DNA of 64,000 nt from Paramecium tetraurelia (taxonomy: Eukaryota), in the NCBI GenBank assembly GCA_000165425.1, contig CT868307.1, positions 310,001 through 374,000 on the forward strand, written 5' to 3'. The position numbers and the translations under genes are program-made. Shown piece after piece: positions 13,301 through 25,499 of this stretch; the stretch's first letter is position 1; the number at the start of each line of letters is the position of its first letter. The notes below the pieces were generated by a model. The model worked only from the letters and a program-made list of their open reading frames with translations. It ran no database searches and was not told where the DNA came from.

Positions 13301-14254
13301 TCTTATCTTGTGTTGAATATATGTTATAAAGAAATCCTTTTTTTTGGGCTTAAATTCTCTAGATCTTCTCATTACTATTAAGAAAATAAGAGTTCTAATG
13401 ATATGACTTGAATCAGCTAACCAAAAATTCTCACAAAGAAATTTGGCTTTATATCATGGTTTGGAATTTTACTTTGTACTTACGATATATGAGATATTTA
13501 AATACAATTTTAGATAGAGATTTATTCTTTCATATAAAAAAGTGAATTTGCATCACTTGTAAAAATTTTGAACTATTTTATATAACTGAAAAAATCAGGA
13601 TATGTAATAATTTGAAATAATATATTAATAAAGAAGTTTATTTGGTTCCAATGTAAATATTATTTTTATAATCATCTGTTGTTACAAAGATTAATCATTC
13701 ATTTAATACATTAAAATGCATTTCAAACTATCCTTGCACATGTCTTCTTGATTTATGGCAATCACAATTTCTTTTAGATGAAATTAAATTAACTTAAGAT
13801 AAATGAGGACTTCACAATTTATTCATAAATAATATGTTGAGTAGATGTGTTTTTCAAAATCAATTCTTTCTAAAAATACTTAACCATTTGCTAAATTCTT
13901 GATGGAACTGAAAATAACATTGAATAATTGAAACAAAAAGAATAATTTAAGGACATTTCAAATTCATCTATAAATGTTATTTTCTGTTTATAAAAATATT
14001 TAATTTATAGGTAAATTATGAAAATTACTATATTTAATATAGAAACTAAGTGGTTGCCTTTAAATTTAATCAAAAATAAATCGTTTCATATATTGATATT
14101 TAAATTTTGGTAATAAATAGATAAAATTATCAAGTTAATTGTCATAAATCTTTTGTTTTAATTATATTGTTAGAATCATCAAAAACTGAATAAACTGAAA
14201 TTTTTATCAATTTATCATTACGATATTAATTTTATAAACATTAAAAAAATAAAA

Positions 14255-14476
14255 ATGGGATGTACTTAAGGAAAATATCAGTAGAAAAGGGCCTCCTTTT
14301 AATATGAAATTTACGAAAGAGTTTAGCAAGATTAAATAAAAGAGGAAAAAATATACGATGTTCATAAAAATCCAATAATTCAAAGAAGAGTCAAAACTCA
14401 TTCACAAACCCCTGATTAATAAAGCAGAACTAAGCAATACTCTGATCTCCTTCCAAATTAGAAACCTTAATTTTGA
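14255..14476 (+). CDS. Small (73 aa) putatively myristoylated/palmitoylated protein, KNPIxQRR family member B
   Basis: Intronless: MGCTQGKYQQKRASFQYEIYERVQQDQIKEEKIYDVHKNPIIQRRVKTHSQTPDQQSRTKQYSDLLPNQKPQF, ending in TGA 14474-14476. Confidence 0.75.
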
Positions 14477-15606
14477 AAAAGTCCAATAACTAAGCGAGTT
14501 ATAACTTGTATCTACAAACTTTATATAGTAATCTTAAAACAGCATAATGAACAATATATTTTCGGAATATTCGTATTACCGATTGTATTCTTTTCTTATT
14601 TTTGGTTTTCCTCTTAAGTTTTTCTAAATTTATATTTTACTTACATAATTTAAGGAGAGTAGACAATTATGCGAGTGTTAAGAAGTATTTATAGAATTTG
14701 TAAATTGAGAAAAACAGCATAGCCCTACTATACTGAATATGAAGCTCAGTGTTATTTACAAAATGAGAAACTGTATTAATGGGGAAAGAATAGTTCACAT
14801 CATAGCTTTCTAAAGTCAATGAAATATCTTTAATTAAAAATTTTCAAAGTTCTATTTCAACTAGTATTCATCATTTATGAACAAAAAATACTTAAACTAA
14901 TATTGGTCAACTAAAATATATATCTGTGGTTGTAATTCCTCTGTATCCTTTAATATTTCAGAATTTTGAATTTATCAATTGTTGCCGCATAGAATTTTAA
15001 TTTTGATTTTCAAACTTCGAAATCAAACAATATATATATATATGAGTATGATGTTAGAAAGTAAATGATTATAGAAAATAAAATCCAATTTATATAATCA
15101 AATTAAATCACATAACCTTTGAAAACTGCTATAATTTTATTATGAACTCATTTTAAGCATATGTAGTTAGTAAAATTTATAAATTATTTCATTTTTTATT
15201 AAATGTTTTATATAAATCCTCATAGGCTTTCTATAAGATTTCAAAATTTTCAAATTGTATTTGATATTTATAATGAAATAAGTGTGAGTAGATATTTTAG
15301 AAAATAATATAGAGTTGATATAATTTTAATTAATAATTATTGTTAATATTAATCTCAAAGTTTAATTGGATATTATATGTATTATAATAAATGTGATTAT
15401 TCCATTTTCTTAAAATTAAATCAAGTAAATAATGAAGAGAAGCCTTTTGAATTGTCTTATTCTAATTCAAAGTTAAGAAGCCCTAGTTTTAGTTTCTGAT
15501 TTGAAGGATACGTTTAATAATAAATTAGTTAATACTTGCCAAGCTATTAAAGTAACATGAATGATATTGTTAATTAATGTGATGATTAAAGATATATATA
15601 ACTCTA

Positions 15607-17258
15607 TCACTAATTTGGTTTCTATTTAGAATTAATCTACTGAAATTCATTTCTTTTATAAATTTCATTTTCTGGAGAACTGTTTTCTTTTTGTTCTAAA
15701 AAGGAACTTTGCTCTTTCCTAAGGGTAATTAATGAGTTAATACTTTCTAGTTAAGATTTCATCATATTTCTACAATTTTTCAGAGATAAATGTTAGTTCA
15801 GTAACATATTCTTTCATTCTTATATTGTATAAGTCTTTCATAGCTTCAAAACACATTTATGCATCATCGTAACTCTAAACATCCAATTAAGTTACTTGTT
15901 CATTCAAATAGAGTTCTACTTTTTCTTAAATTTACTTTTTGTTCAAGGGCATTCCATTTTACTATGGTAATATTTATTATTAAGTTTGAGGTTTCTTATT
16001 ATTTGAGTTTACTGTCCCACTTCTTTAGTATTATTCTAATTCCCTTATAAGAACCAACTTTTCTTATTCCAACCTTTTGACTACCGCCTCCAAATCTACT
16101 TTTTCATTCCTTCTTATCTTAGTATTATTATGCTGATAGTACCTCATTTTCTAATTAACCAACTCTTTAACTAAACCTTAATGTTGAGAAAGTCTCTTCT
16201 AAATTATCATTCTCAGAACTAATAGTCGCAATCATTACAGTTTTACAATTACCTCCAAGAGAATCTTTGAGGAGAGTAGTCATTAATGAATTTCTATAAG
16301 GGATATGTTATCTGTTGGCACCCTTCATTCTTTCATTTAAAGCTATTATGACTTGTTCTAGATAGGTTAAGGAAAGATTAATATATTTGGCTTCATTTAA
16401 GAGGTTACCCTCAACTTAGGATTTACTGATTCTTTCAGATCCAGCCAAATCAACTAAGTGCAATTTGCTAACAAAATAAGTTTCGGTGGTTGTATCGCAA
16501 CCTTCAAGAGTCACGGTGAATATACAATGTGATCTGGAACTTGATTGATTCATTGGAGTTGAACTTACCTATCTAATGAAATTGCCCATCATGAGCAAAT
16601 CGATACCTTCTTGCTCGTTATTACACGAATGGATTGATAAGTCTCTTAAATGGATATTATCTTAATCATCTTCATATAGTGCTATCTAAGAATCTAATAG
16701 AAATCAAATACTTTATTCCATTATTCTAAAGGAATTTCAAGGTGTCTCTTTTCTAATAAATCATAAGCATTTTCATTATAAATTTCCATAAAGGAAATGT
16801 ATATTTTATATTGGAACTTGGTTCGCTTGTCAATTTCATCAAAAATATAGGAAAGTGTCCTTGGAATCACTCCTCTTAATTGCCATGTTTCAGCCCCGCT
16901 CATAGTATATGTTTTACCAGATCCAGTTTAACCATAAGCAAAGATTGTAGCATTATAGCCATCTAAGAAACTATATAAGTTCAAATTGATGGAGTACCTA
17001 TTTATTACAGGGACGGTGACCTTACTAAAAACTTAATCTTAAGAAGATTTTTGATCAAATACATGAGTAAAATTGAACTCTAGATTATCTCTATTATTAT
17101 TGATCATTCCCAATTTCACATTTCTGGGTAATAGTACCTATAATCTCTTGTTATGATATAATTAATATTGCATTGAATTTTAAGATTGACTGTTTAGATT
17201 ACAATAATTACTTATTGGATGGTTTCAATCTTAAGTATACTTCAAATTGCGATTTCAT
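15607..17258 (-). CDS. Kinesin motor protein, probably kinesin-9 family (KIF6/KIF9-like)
   Basis: P-loop [20 protein letters not shown], switch [14 protein letters not shown], switch [13 protein letters not shown], plus [23 protein letters not shown] and a short coiled-coil tail. Several 22-27 nt introns. [19 protein letters not shown] resembles kinesin-9. Confidence 0.9.
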
Positions 17259-18882
17259 GCGCAGATAGAAATTTAATATATTATTCTAAATTATATTCCT
17301 AATTACAAGAAGTTTAATAATAAATGAAATATTCCAACATATATATTCATAATATCTTAATAATAGCTCTTCCTATTTTGAGATAATTCTTCTTATTCTT
17401 TGTATTTTGTAACTCTCTATTAAGCTTTTTCTTTAAAATAAGAATTCTTTAATTGTCTAAACAATCTAAATAATATTTTATAGGTAAAGTCTCTTCTTAA
17501 ATATCTATGATAATAAAAATTTTATTTTATTTCATACAAATCATTAAAGATGCTTAAGATATATTGAAATTTAATATCATCAATTTACTATTTAATTACA
17601 TTCTGTAATTTTATTTAATCCAGCGTTTGATTTATGATTTTGGATAAATATCTGTCAAGATCTTTAATCTCTTTAAATACTGTATTGAAAAATAAGAATG
17701 AAACTTTTTAGTTCTCTTTTTTATTAAGCATTATTAAAGAGGCGAATCTTTAAAATTGAATATAATCTTTAAGTAAATAAACACTAAAATTAGATAATGA
17801 TTTTTGAAATTGAACTGGCAACATTAATTAATTAATTAAACAAACCCTAAAGTCTTTAATCCTACTTATTTATTAATAATTTTAGTCTTATTAAATTGAA
17901 TTCTATTGTATTTTTATAATGATACATTTATAAATTTCAAGACATTAGTTGATTTATTTAAAATATATGATACTTCTTTTTTTGGAATTGATGAGAACTT
18001 AAATTTGATAGGAATTGAACTTGTACTTTTATCAATATATGAATTGTTTTATATTAATTTAAAGTTCCTGTGGTTCTTCAAATCATTTAATGAGTTTACT
18101 TAGAAAATTAGGATTTGGAGAAGAAGATACAGAATATATTGATTCTAAATGTACATATATAAGCAGCACTCAATTTATTAAAACTAATTATTTAATTAAA
18201 TAAGAATTAAAGATTATAATATATAGGAGAAAAAATATCTTAAGAAGAAGAATGGGCTAACTAAATATTTTTATAACTTTGTAAGGGATTTTTGTTAAGC
18301 ATGCAAGAATAAATAGCATTAATTGTTTGAAACTTAATATAAGTTATCCGATTCTTGATGTGTGATCAATTTAAGTGATTCTCATTTTGATGGAATGAAT
18401 TTGTGAAATCTAAAAAATAATTGGGATATAATGCTATTTGACAAGGGAAAATGAACTTTGTTAAAGAGAAATCAAAGTTTGTTACTCAAAATAAAATTTT
18501 TTATTCTTTTATTAATTAGAAAAAACTAAAATTTATAATTTTTTATCTGTTATACAATTTTTCAAAAATTTAAATCTCATTATCAAATAAATGAAAAGGG
18601 CTGCGTTTCACATTAGAAAAACTAATAACCACACAGAGTACTAATCCTAAATATAGGGGATGATATTTTTTATAGAAAAATAAAAAAATGATAAATCAAG
18701 ATTATCATCAATGATCTTCTAATCATGTTAAACACGAATTATTATATCATATTCGGTAAAAATAAACATCTGTCGATGCTATATGAGTACCTTTGATTTT
18801 TTAAATTATGTGTTAATATCTAGTATGAGTTTTGAATAAATTTAATGTTATTAACAAAATATTGTTTATAAGAGCGCCATCG

Positions 18883-19961
18883 ATGCAATAACAAGTTATT
18901 AATTCCTGAATTTTCTAGACTCAGGAAAAATGCATTAGACAATTGTTCATTCCACACTGTGCAAGTAGAAGTGATCAAATAAGTCAATCTGTATAAGATG
19001 ACGGCTCAAAAAAAACTTTGTTAAGACTCGCAGACCAAGAAGCACCTTCTTCAATAGGATTTCTGATGATAGATGATTAAAATAAACAGGATTCATATTC
19101 ATAGCAATAGTTAGATAAATAAGAAAACGATTTCTAATAATAGAGTAATAATAAAAAGAAAGGTAAATAATTTGCCATACTTTTATAATTATTTCTATAG
19201 AAAGAAAAAAACATCATAGCCTCAAATATCTCAGTTGGCAGGTTCACAAACTAGTTGGATCACAAAGAGAAACTACATATAAACAGATGGCAGATTAGCT
19301 TGCCTCAGAAATAAGTAAATCAAGTTTATCTGTAAATATAATAATTAATTTTTTTATATTTTTTAGTCAGATAGTAAAAATCTCAAACGTAGAGTTTATG
19401 ATTCCATTAATGTAATGGTTGCCCTAGGAGTACTAGAAAAGCAAAAAAAGATCATCATCAAAGGATAGATGTTTCAATAAAATCACATGACTAGTAAATA
19501 TGTCAGAGATACTAGAGATAGATATGAAATTTTAAGAGTAGATTAATCTCTATATATATTAGTAACAATAATATGAAGAATTGAAGAGGAAGAAAATACT
19601 ATTTTAAAAATTGACCGATTAGGCAAGAAGAATAAATGCATTAATAGATCAAAATAAGTATCATAATACAGCAATATCCATTATTAGACCACTCTAAAAA
19701 GATGAATCGGACTTTTTACAAGGTCAATAGCCTAAAATATATTAATTCCCAATCATGATTTTTAAGTTACCATAAAATGCAAAAGTATTATATTGAAATA
19801 TACAATAGCTTAATATCATAACTATTGAAGGGAAAACTATAGTCTAAATATTATCAGATCACGAAATTAAAATTGTTGGTGATTATGATATTTTGCCTTT
19901 AATCAAAAGGGTTGAAGAAGCAAAAGACAAAAATCTTCCTGGACCTATGTTGAATTTATGA
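18883..19961 (+). CDS. DP-like (E2F dimerisation partner) winged-helix transcription factor; 5' end uncertain
   Basis: HSLKYLSWQVHKLVGSQRETTYKQMADQL...KNLKRRVYDSINVMVALGVLEKQKK matches the DP/E2F DNA-binding signature RRVYD(A/S)xNV. Followed by a coiled coil and a DP-like C-terminus (IKIVGDYDIL). Introns include 19163-19200 and 19332-19366. The start could lie further upstream (an open frame begins at ATG 18591). Confidence 0.8.
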
Positions 19962-20989
19962 TTAACTAATAATGAAAATTTTGCCATCATTTTCCAACTA
20001 AAACCATAAATATCCACTTTTTAGTATTTTTAAAGAAGCAATATGTTTATATTTAAATTTTAATTAAGCGGGAAAATTTAATTTTAAAATGCAATGTAAT
20101 TTTTATTTAACCAATCAAAATCTTTATTCTTATAAAATCAATAATCAAGTTTCATTAATATAAAAGGCTTGTTTATACTATCTAATAAATCTATTAATTG
20201 GGTCAGGATAATGTCTGAGATTATAGTTTATATTTAAATTCTTAAATTCTATCTCATAAAATTGTAATTTATCCTTGACTATTTTATTGAATCATTTTAT
20301 ATTAAGCAATCTTTAAAGCTGAAAAATATCTAAACTTTTATTTCAATTTAATTCCAATATAAAAGATGAAATTCTGTAATAGTGATTCTTAAATGTTGAA
20401 ACCATTTATTGTTTTTAAATGATTTACAAGTCCTACATCAATAATTGAATTAAATATCAACAAAAGTTAAAGTTATTTTGAAAAGATCAAATAATTATCC
20501 ACATACTTGCTATAAATTCTTTATTAATTGCATTCATAATACTGTAATCAAAATAATAGTCCTAATCAAGAAATTATTTACACTATATTGAATTGCTAAT
20601 AATAAATGGAATTTTTTATTATAAAACTAATTTTATGGTATTTCCTGAAGTCTTAGAGTGGTTTTCTTAATGATTTTAAGGAATCTAATTCACATAGAAT
20701 TGAAGATGATGGAACAGATAATATATATTGAAACTAAAATTATAATACTGAAAAAATTTTTGTAGAAATAAATTTAATACCTACTTAATGAATTCAAAAA
20801 TTATCATGAACTGAAATTCTAGTGCTTTAAATTCATCATTAAATTATTTCTTGTAATTTGCAAGAACTCTTATTTTTATTCTCAACTTCTATTCTATCAA
20901 GATGGTTCAATAAATTATTCAAACACACTCATTGTACTCAAGGAATTCATAGAGATTTTTATGATAATTATTTTTTATAATATATTTAC

Positions 20990-22574
20990 ATGTCTAAATA
21001 ATTTGAAGGATAAAATATTATAGAAGGTTATCATATAGAGGTGGAGCAGGTCTTAAGCAATGTAAAATACAATATGTATTAGTTTCAGAATGTCCATCCA
21101 TATGATATTAAATGCCCGGTATGTTTAAATGTATATTTGGATCCAATATCATGTGATTCATGTATGAATCATTTTTGCAAGGAATGCTACCAACAGAAAT
21201 AAGTAAGTATATAATGATGATGAAAAAGAGCACTAAATGCCCTTTATGCAGCCATCAATGTGAGACAAGAAAAGCATTTCCACTTCTAAGATAATTATTG
21301 AGTTAATTAAAAATTCGATGTCATCATTTTGACTAAGGTAAAGCTTCGATTATGAATATAGGGTGTTAAGTAATAGTAGATTACGATGCTTACGATAAAC
21401 ATGTTAAGCAATGTGATTATAGCGAAGAAGTTTGTGGATTAGTGGATGGCAAACTACAATGCAATGTCATAAAATTTAAGAAAGACATACAAAATCATAG
21501 AACCTATGAATGTAATTATAGATAATGTGAATGCTGTCATTGTCATTAATTTGTAATTCATATTCTGATTATTCTTTAGTTTAGCAGCTTTAAATTATAA
21601 ATGCATGAGCTAAAATGCGAAGAGGCTTTAACTAGATGTCCAAAATGTCACACTTAAATTAAAATAAAGGATCAATCTAGCCATCTCTTAATTTGTGATT
21701 AGAACATAGAAAAATGCATTTATTGTAGTGGAGAATATGCTTGGCATCAATTATTAATACATCAAAATGAATGTCCACAACGAGAAGTTTGCTGTGTTGG
21801 TTGCTCTCAAAAGTTTACTCTTAGTGTTTATTACATACATCAAACCAACTGTCCCAAATTTCCATAAATATGTCCTAGTTGTAATCAAAAAGTAACAAGG
21901 GAATAGTTTGAAAATCATAATTTTAAAGATTGTTTGATATACATCAAATCTTAGCATGATTAAGAAATTTAAAATTTAATTCAAAAACATAAATAACTTG
22001 AAATTGAATTAGGCAAAAAGGATACAATTATAAAGTAAAGACAAATAGGATTTTAGGTTTTCCAATCGATTTAAAGATCCAGATATCTTTCTAAATTTAG
22101 ATAAGACAAATGCATTAGTTAAACAAACAGCAAATAAAAAGAAGGATAGATTTGTTTTATTTAACAATCCCATTTCAGAATAAAGAAAATAATGGAAGTT
22201 TAAGTATGAATAGTAGAAATAATAATAGATGTTCTCAAGTTAAAAGTTCTTGGTATGCAGTTGGTATTACTGAGTTGTCCACTTTGCATTCTCAAAAAAA
22301 ATATTAAGATATAGGACATGGATCATACCTAGTATCCTCAAATGGAACTATGTACAACAATCATAAGGATGATCAGAATTCAAAGGAGAGTGACTTTAGG
22401 ATCAATACGAATGATATCATTATTATTATAGTAGACTTAGAGGCAGACTTATTGATTCTTTATAATACCACTTAAAATTTATCACTTGAAATCGAGGCAG
22501 CCTTTGAAGGTAAAGATTTTTATGGATGTGCTTGTTTAAGAACTGCAGGAGATGAAATTTAAATAATTTAATGA
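20990..22574 (+). CDS. RING finger + TRAF-type zinc fingers + coiled coil + C-terminal SPRY/B30.2-like domain (putative E3 ubiquitin ligase)
   Basis: RING CPVCLNVYLDPISCDSCMNHFCKEC...KCPLC. Repeated HxxxC...CxxC TRAF-type fingers (HVKQCDY, HRTYECNY, HELKCEE, HQNECPQ). C-terminal WYAVGI...GHGSYLVSSNG...DIIIIIVDL...FYGCACL. Several tiny introns; TGA 22572-22574. Confidence 0.8.
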
Positions 22575-22792
22575 TTTTATATTATAAAATTAGCTATTAA
22601 TTTAGTTTCTTGTAATGTAGTTTTCTTAGTAATTGTAGTTAGAATGTTTTGATATTCAATGAAAAGTTTTTTAAATTTTATCATATAATACAAAATTATG
22701 TGATATTTATTAATACGTATTCAAAATAGTAAAGTATCATTTATTACAATTAATAACTTATTAAAATTTTTGGAGAGTAAAAATATAAAATA

Positions 22793-24332
22793 ATGAAACA
22801 AATTAACTATTCTATTTTTGATAAATGCCCTACTAGAAATACGACCCTTTGGAAAAAAGGAGCACCTAAAATTCTTCAAATCGATAGAGAATTAAGATAA
22901 ACTTCAAAAGAAGCTCCCATACTAATAAGGGACGAAATGGACAATCTAATTAGCAGAAATTGCTATCATATGATTAACTCCTACTTCATATCAAATAACT
23001 GCTACATAAACATCAATAATTTACGCCTAAAATCTGTTATTTACAAAAACGTATTTATAGCTCTAATATATCTAGGTAGAAGGATTGTAAATATCTGGAA
23101 AACAGGAATGTTTATAAATTTTTGGAAATCCAGATGTTATCTCCACTTGGAAAAATTACCTATCTAAATACACTGTCTAAAGAAATTTCTATAAGAAATA
23201 TCAAGTACTCAAAATGATTGGAAAGGGATCTCATGCTAAAGTATACAAAATAGAACGCATTAAAGATTCATCCATTTTTGCTGTCAAAATTTTTAAATCA
23301 GAAAAACTAATAAGCAAAGACAAAGGAATTGTATATATATTTTATCCACATTTATAGGATAGTATACTAAAGGAGATAGACATAATGAGGAAACTAGACA
23401 ATAAGAATGTGCTACAATTACATGAAATATTTGAAGATGAAAATAATGTTTATTTGATTGTTGATTATTTATAAGGTGGAGAATTACTCAAATAAATTGA
23501 AAATTCTCTGGATGGATATACAGAACATCTAGTATAGAACTTAATGTACAATTTGTTGACTTCATTGAATTATTTACATTCAAAATAAATATTACATAGG
23601 GACATCAAACCAGAGAATTTAATACTTAGATCAAAGGATTGTCTGACTGATTTAGTTATTGCTGATTTTGGTCTTTCAGATATTTACAATGAATAAGGAG
23701 TTTATTTATTTTAAAGATGTGGCACAGTTGGATATGTTGCCCCTGAAGTTTTACGAGATGAATTCTATGATTACAAAGTTGATATGTTCTCTGTAGGCGT
23801 TATTCTATTTATTTTATTAACTGGAGAAATGCCATTCGAAAGTAATAGCGACACGGATGATCTACTAAGATAAAATGCTTAATGCAAAATTGATTTCAAT
23901 AAACTCAACCAAAAGTCTATTAGTCCAGCTGCTCAAGACCTTGTTCGCTTATTATTAGATGAGAATCTCAATATTAGACCAAATGCATAGTAGGCCCTTT
24001 TGCATGATTGGTTTGCCACTCCTAAGACAGATACTATGGTGAGTTTATCTTTATCAAAATTACCTATATTCTAAATAAGATTAGATTAGGATGATTTTAT
24101 TAAAAGTTCTACTCCACTTTGGAACTAAAAGGGATCTCCATTAAGCGAATAATCACCTCTTTTACCTGAGAATAGTTCTGAACCAGAAGATGAGACTAAT
24201 TATTTTAAATAATTTATATCCACTGGATAAGACCAATACGAAATAGGTGAGGATTGCATCAATGAAGAAAAAAGCCCATCTGAAATGGTACCTAAATATA
24301 GATTGTTAGTTAAGCAAAGGAGTCTTAAATGA
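22793..24332 (+). CDS. Ser/Thr protein kinase, CAMK group, with an N-terminal (possibly PH-like) extension
   Basis: IGKGSHAKV, FAVK, HRDIKPEN, IADFGLS, CGTVGYVAPE and KVDMFSVG all present; introns at about 23050 and 23331; TGA 24330-24332. Confidence 0.92.
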
Positions 24333-25499
24333 TATTATTTATTCTTAGATTATTAATAAAATTTCTAACTTAGAAATGACCATAGCTCTGAATCATACAG
24401 ATTCAAATATCAAAGATTTTTCAAATTAAAATTGTAAGTTCTTAAGAAAATATATTACCATAAGGATAATAAATAATAATTATAAATTCAATTTTGCTCA
24501 ATCTATTTTAAAACTGTTTTTGTATGTAATAGATAGCACAATAAAATTTGTATAACTTAATAGTGTCTATAATATAATTTCATATTTCATGAAAATATAA
24601 TTATATATATATAATTTTTGCAGTTATAAAATTTGTTTATTCTAATTTATTTGTCATTATATTTGTATATAATTGTCTATTTATAGTACAAAAAGGGAGG
24701 GAATTTTCTTAAATTTGAATAAGCGATTTCTTTTGATTTTAAGCTGTTAATTAATTTGGTAGGTTTATAATAAAATACCATAATACAATATTTATATATT
24801 CTATGCAACAGTTTTCATAAATAGGTTATAACATAAAAGTAGTTCAAAAATATATTCAGACGTTTTTTGCTTGTATAAGAAGAAATTGATTGCTATATAT
24901 GGTCTAAGGTTGTTAAACATTGGAATTCTAGAATAATATATTCCAAAATTTAAGGAAGAATGAGATTCTGATATAAATTGAGTGGCTTGAATTGTATAAT
25001 TTAAGACAAAAATTATAATTTGGATTTCCCTCAAGAAAACGAAATTGGGTTTATTAAAATCAATTAATCATCTTGATACTAATTATCAAATTAGTAATGA
25101 AAATTCATTGCCTATGAATTAGTAAATTTTTCTCTAGGTCCACAGTGATAAAAATTTCTATTTTGAAAAAGTTTTGAAATCTTTATTAATTCATATTTTT
25201 GGTAATATTTTAAAGAAATATATATTAATTATTTATACTTTAAATTTAAAATTAATAATTTATAATAACAAATATTTCTTAACAGGATTTAATACTTTTT
25301 TATATTCATTTAAGAATTTAATGATCATTCAATATTTTACCTTCAGAATTAAAGCCATAAATATAAAGATATAAAATGATTTAATCAAAAAAATATACTT
25401 TATATGATTGTGAGTTAATTGAGAAGAAAAGATTGAGAAATAGGATTATGCATATAATATAATAAATTATTCTTGAATTATTTTTTTTATGATATAATT

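Noticed and set aside
13590..13830. Cys-containing minus-strand fragment (KRNCDCHKSRR) resembling a CXC/tesmin domain
   Set aside because: The remaining CXC cysteines are absent and the frame is closed by TGA on both sides.
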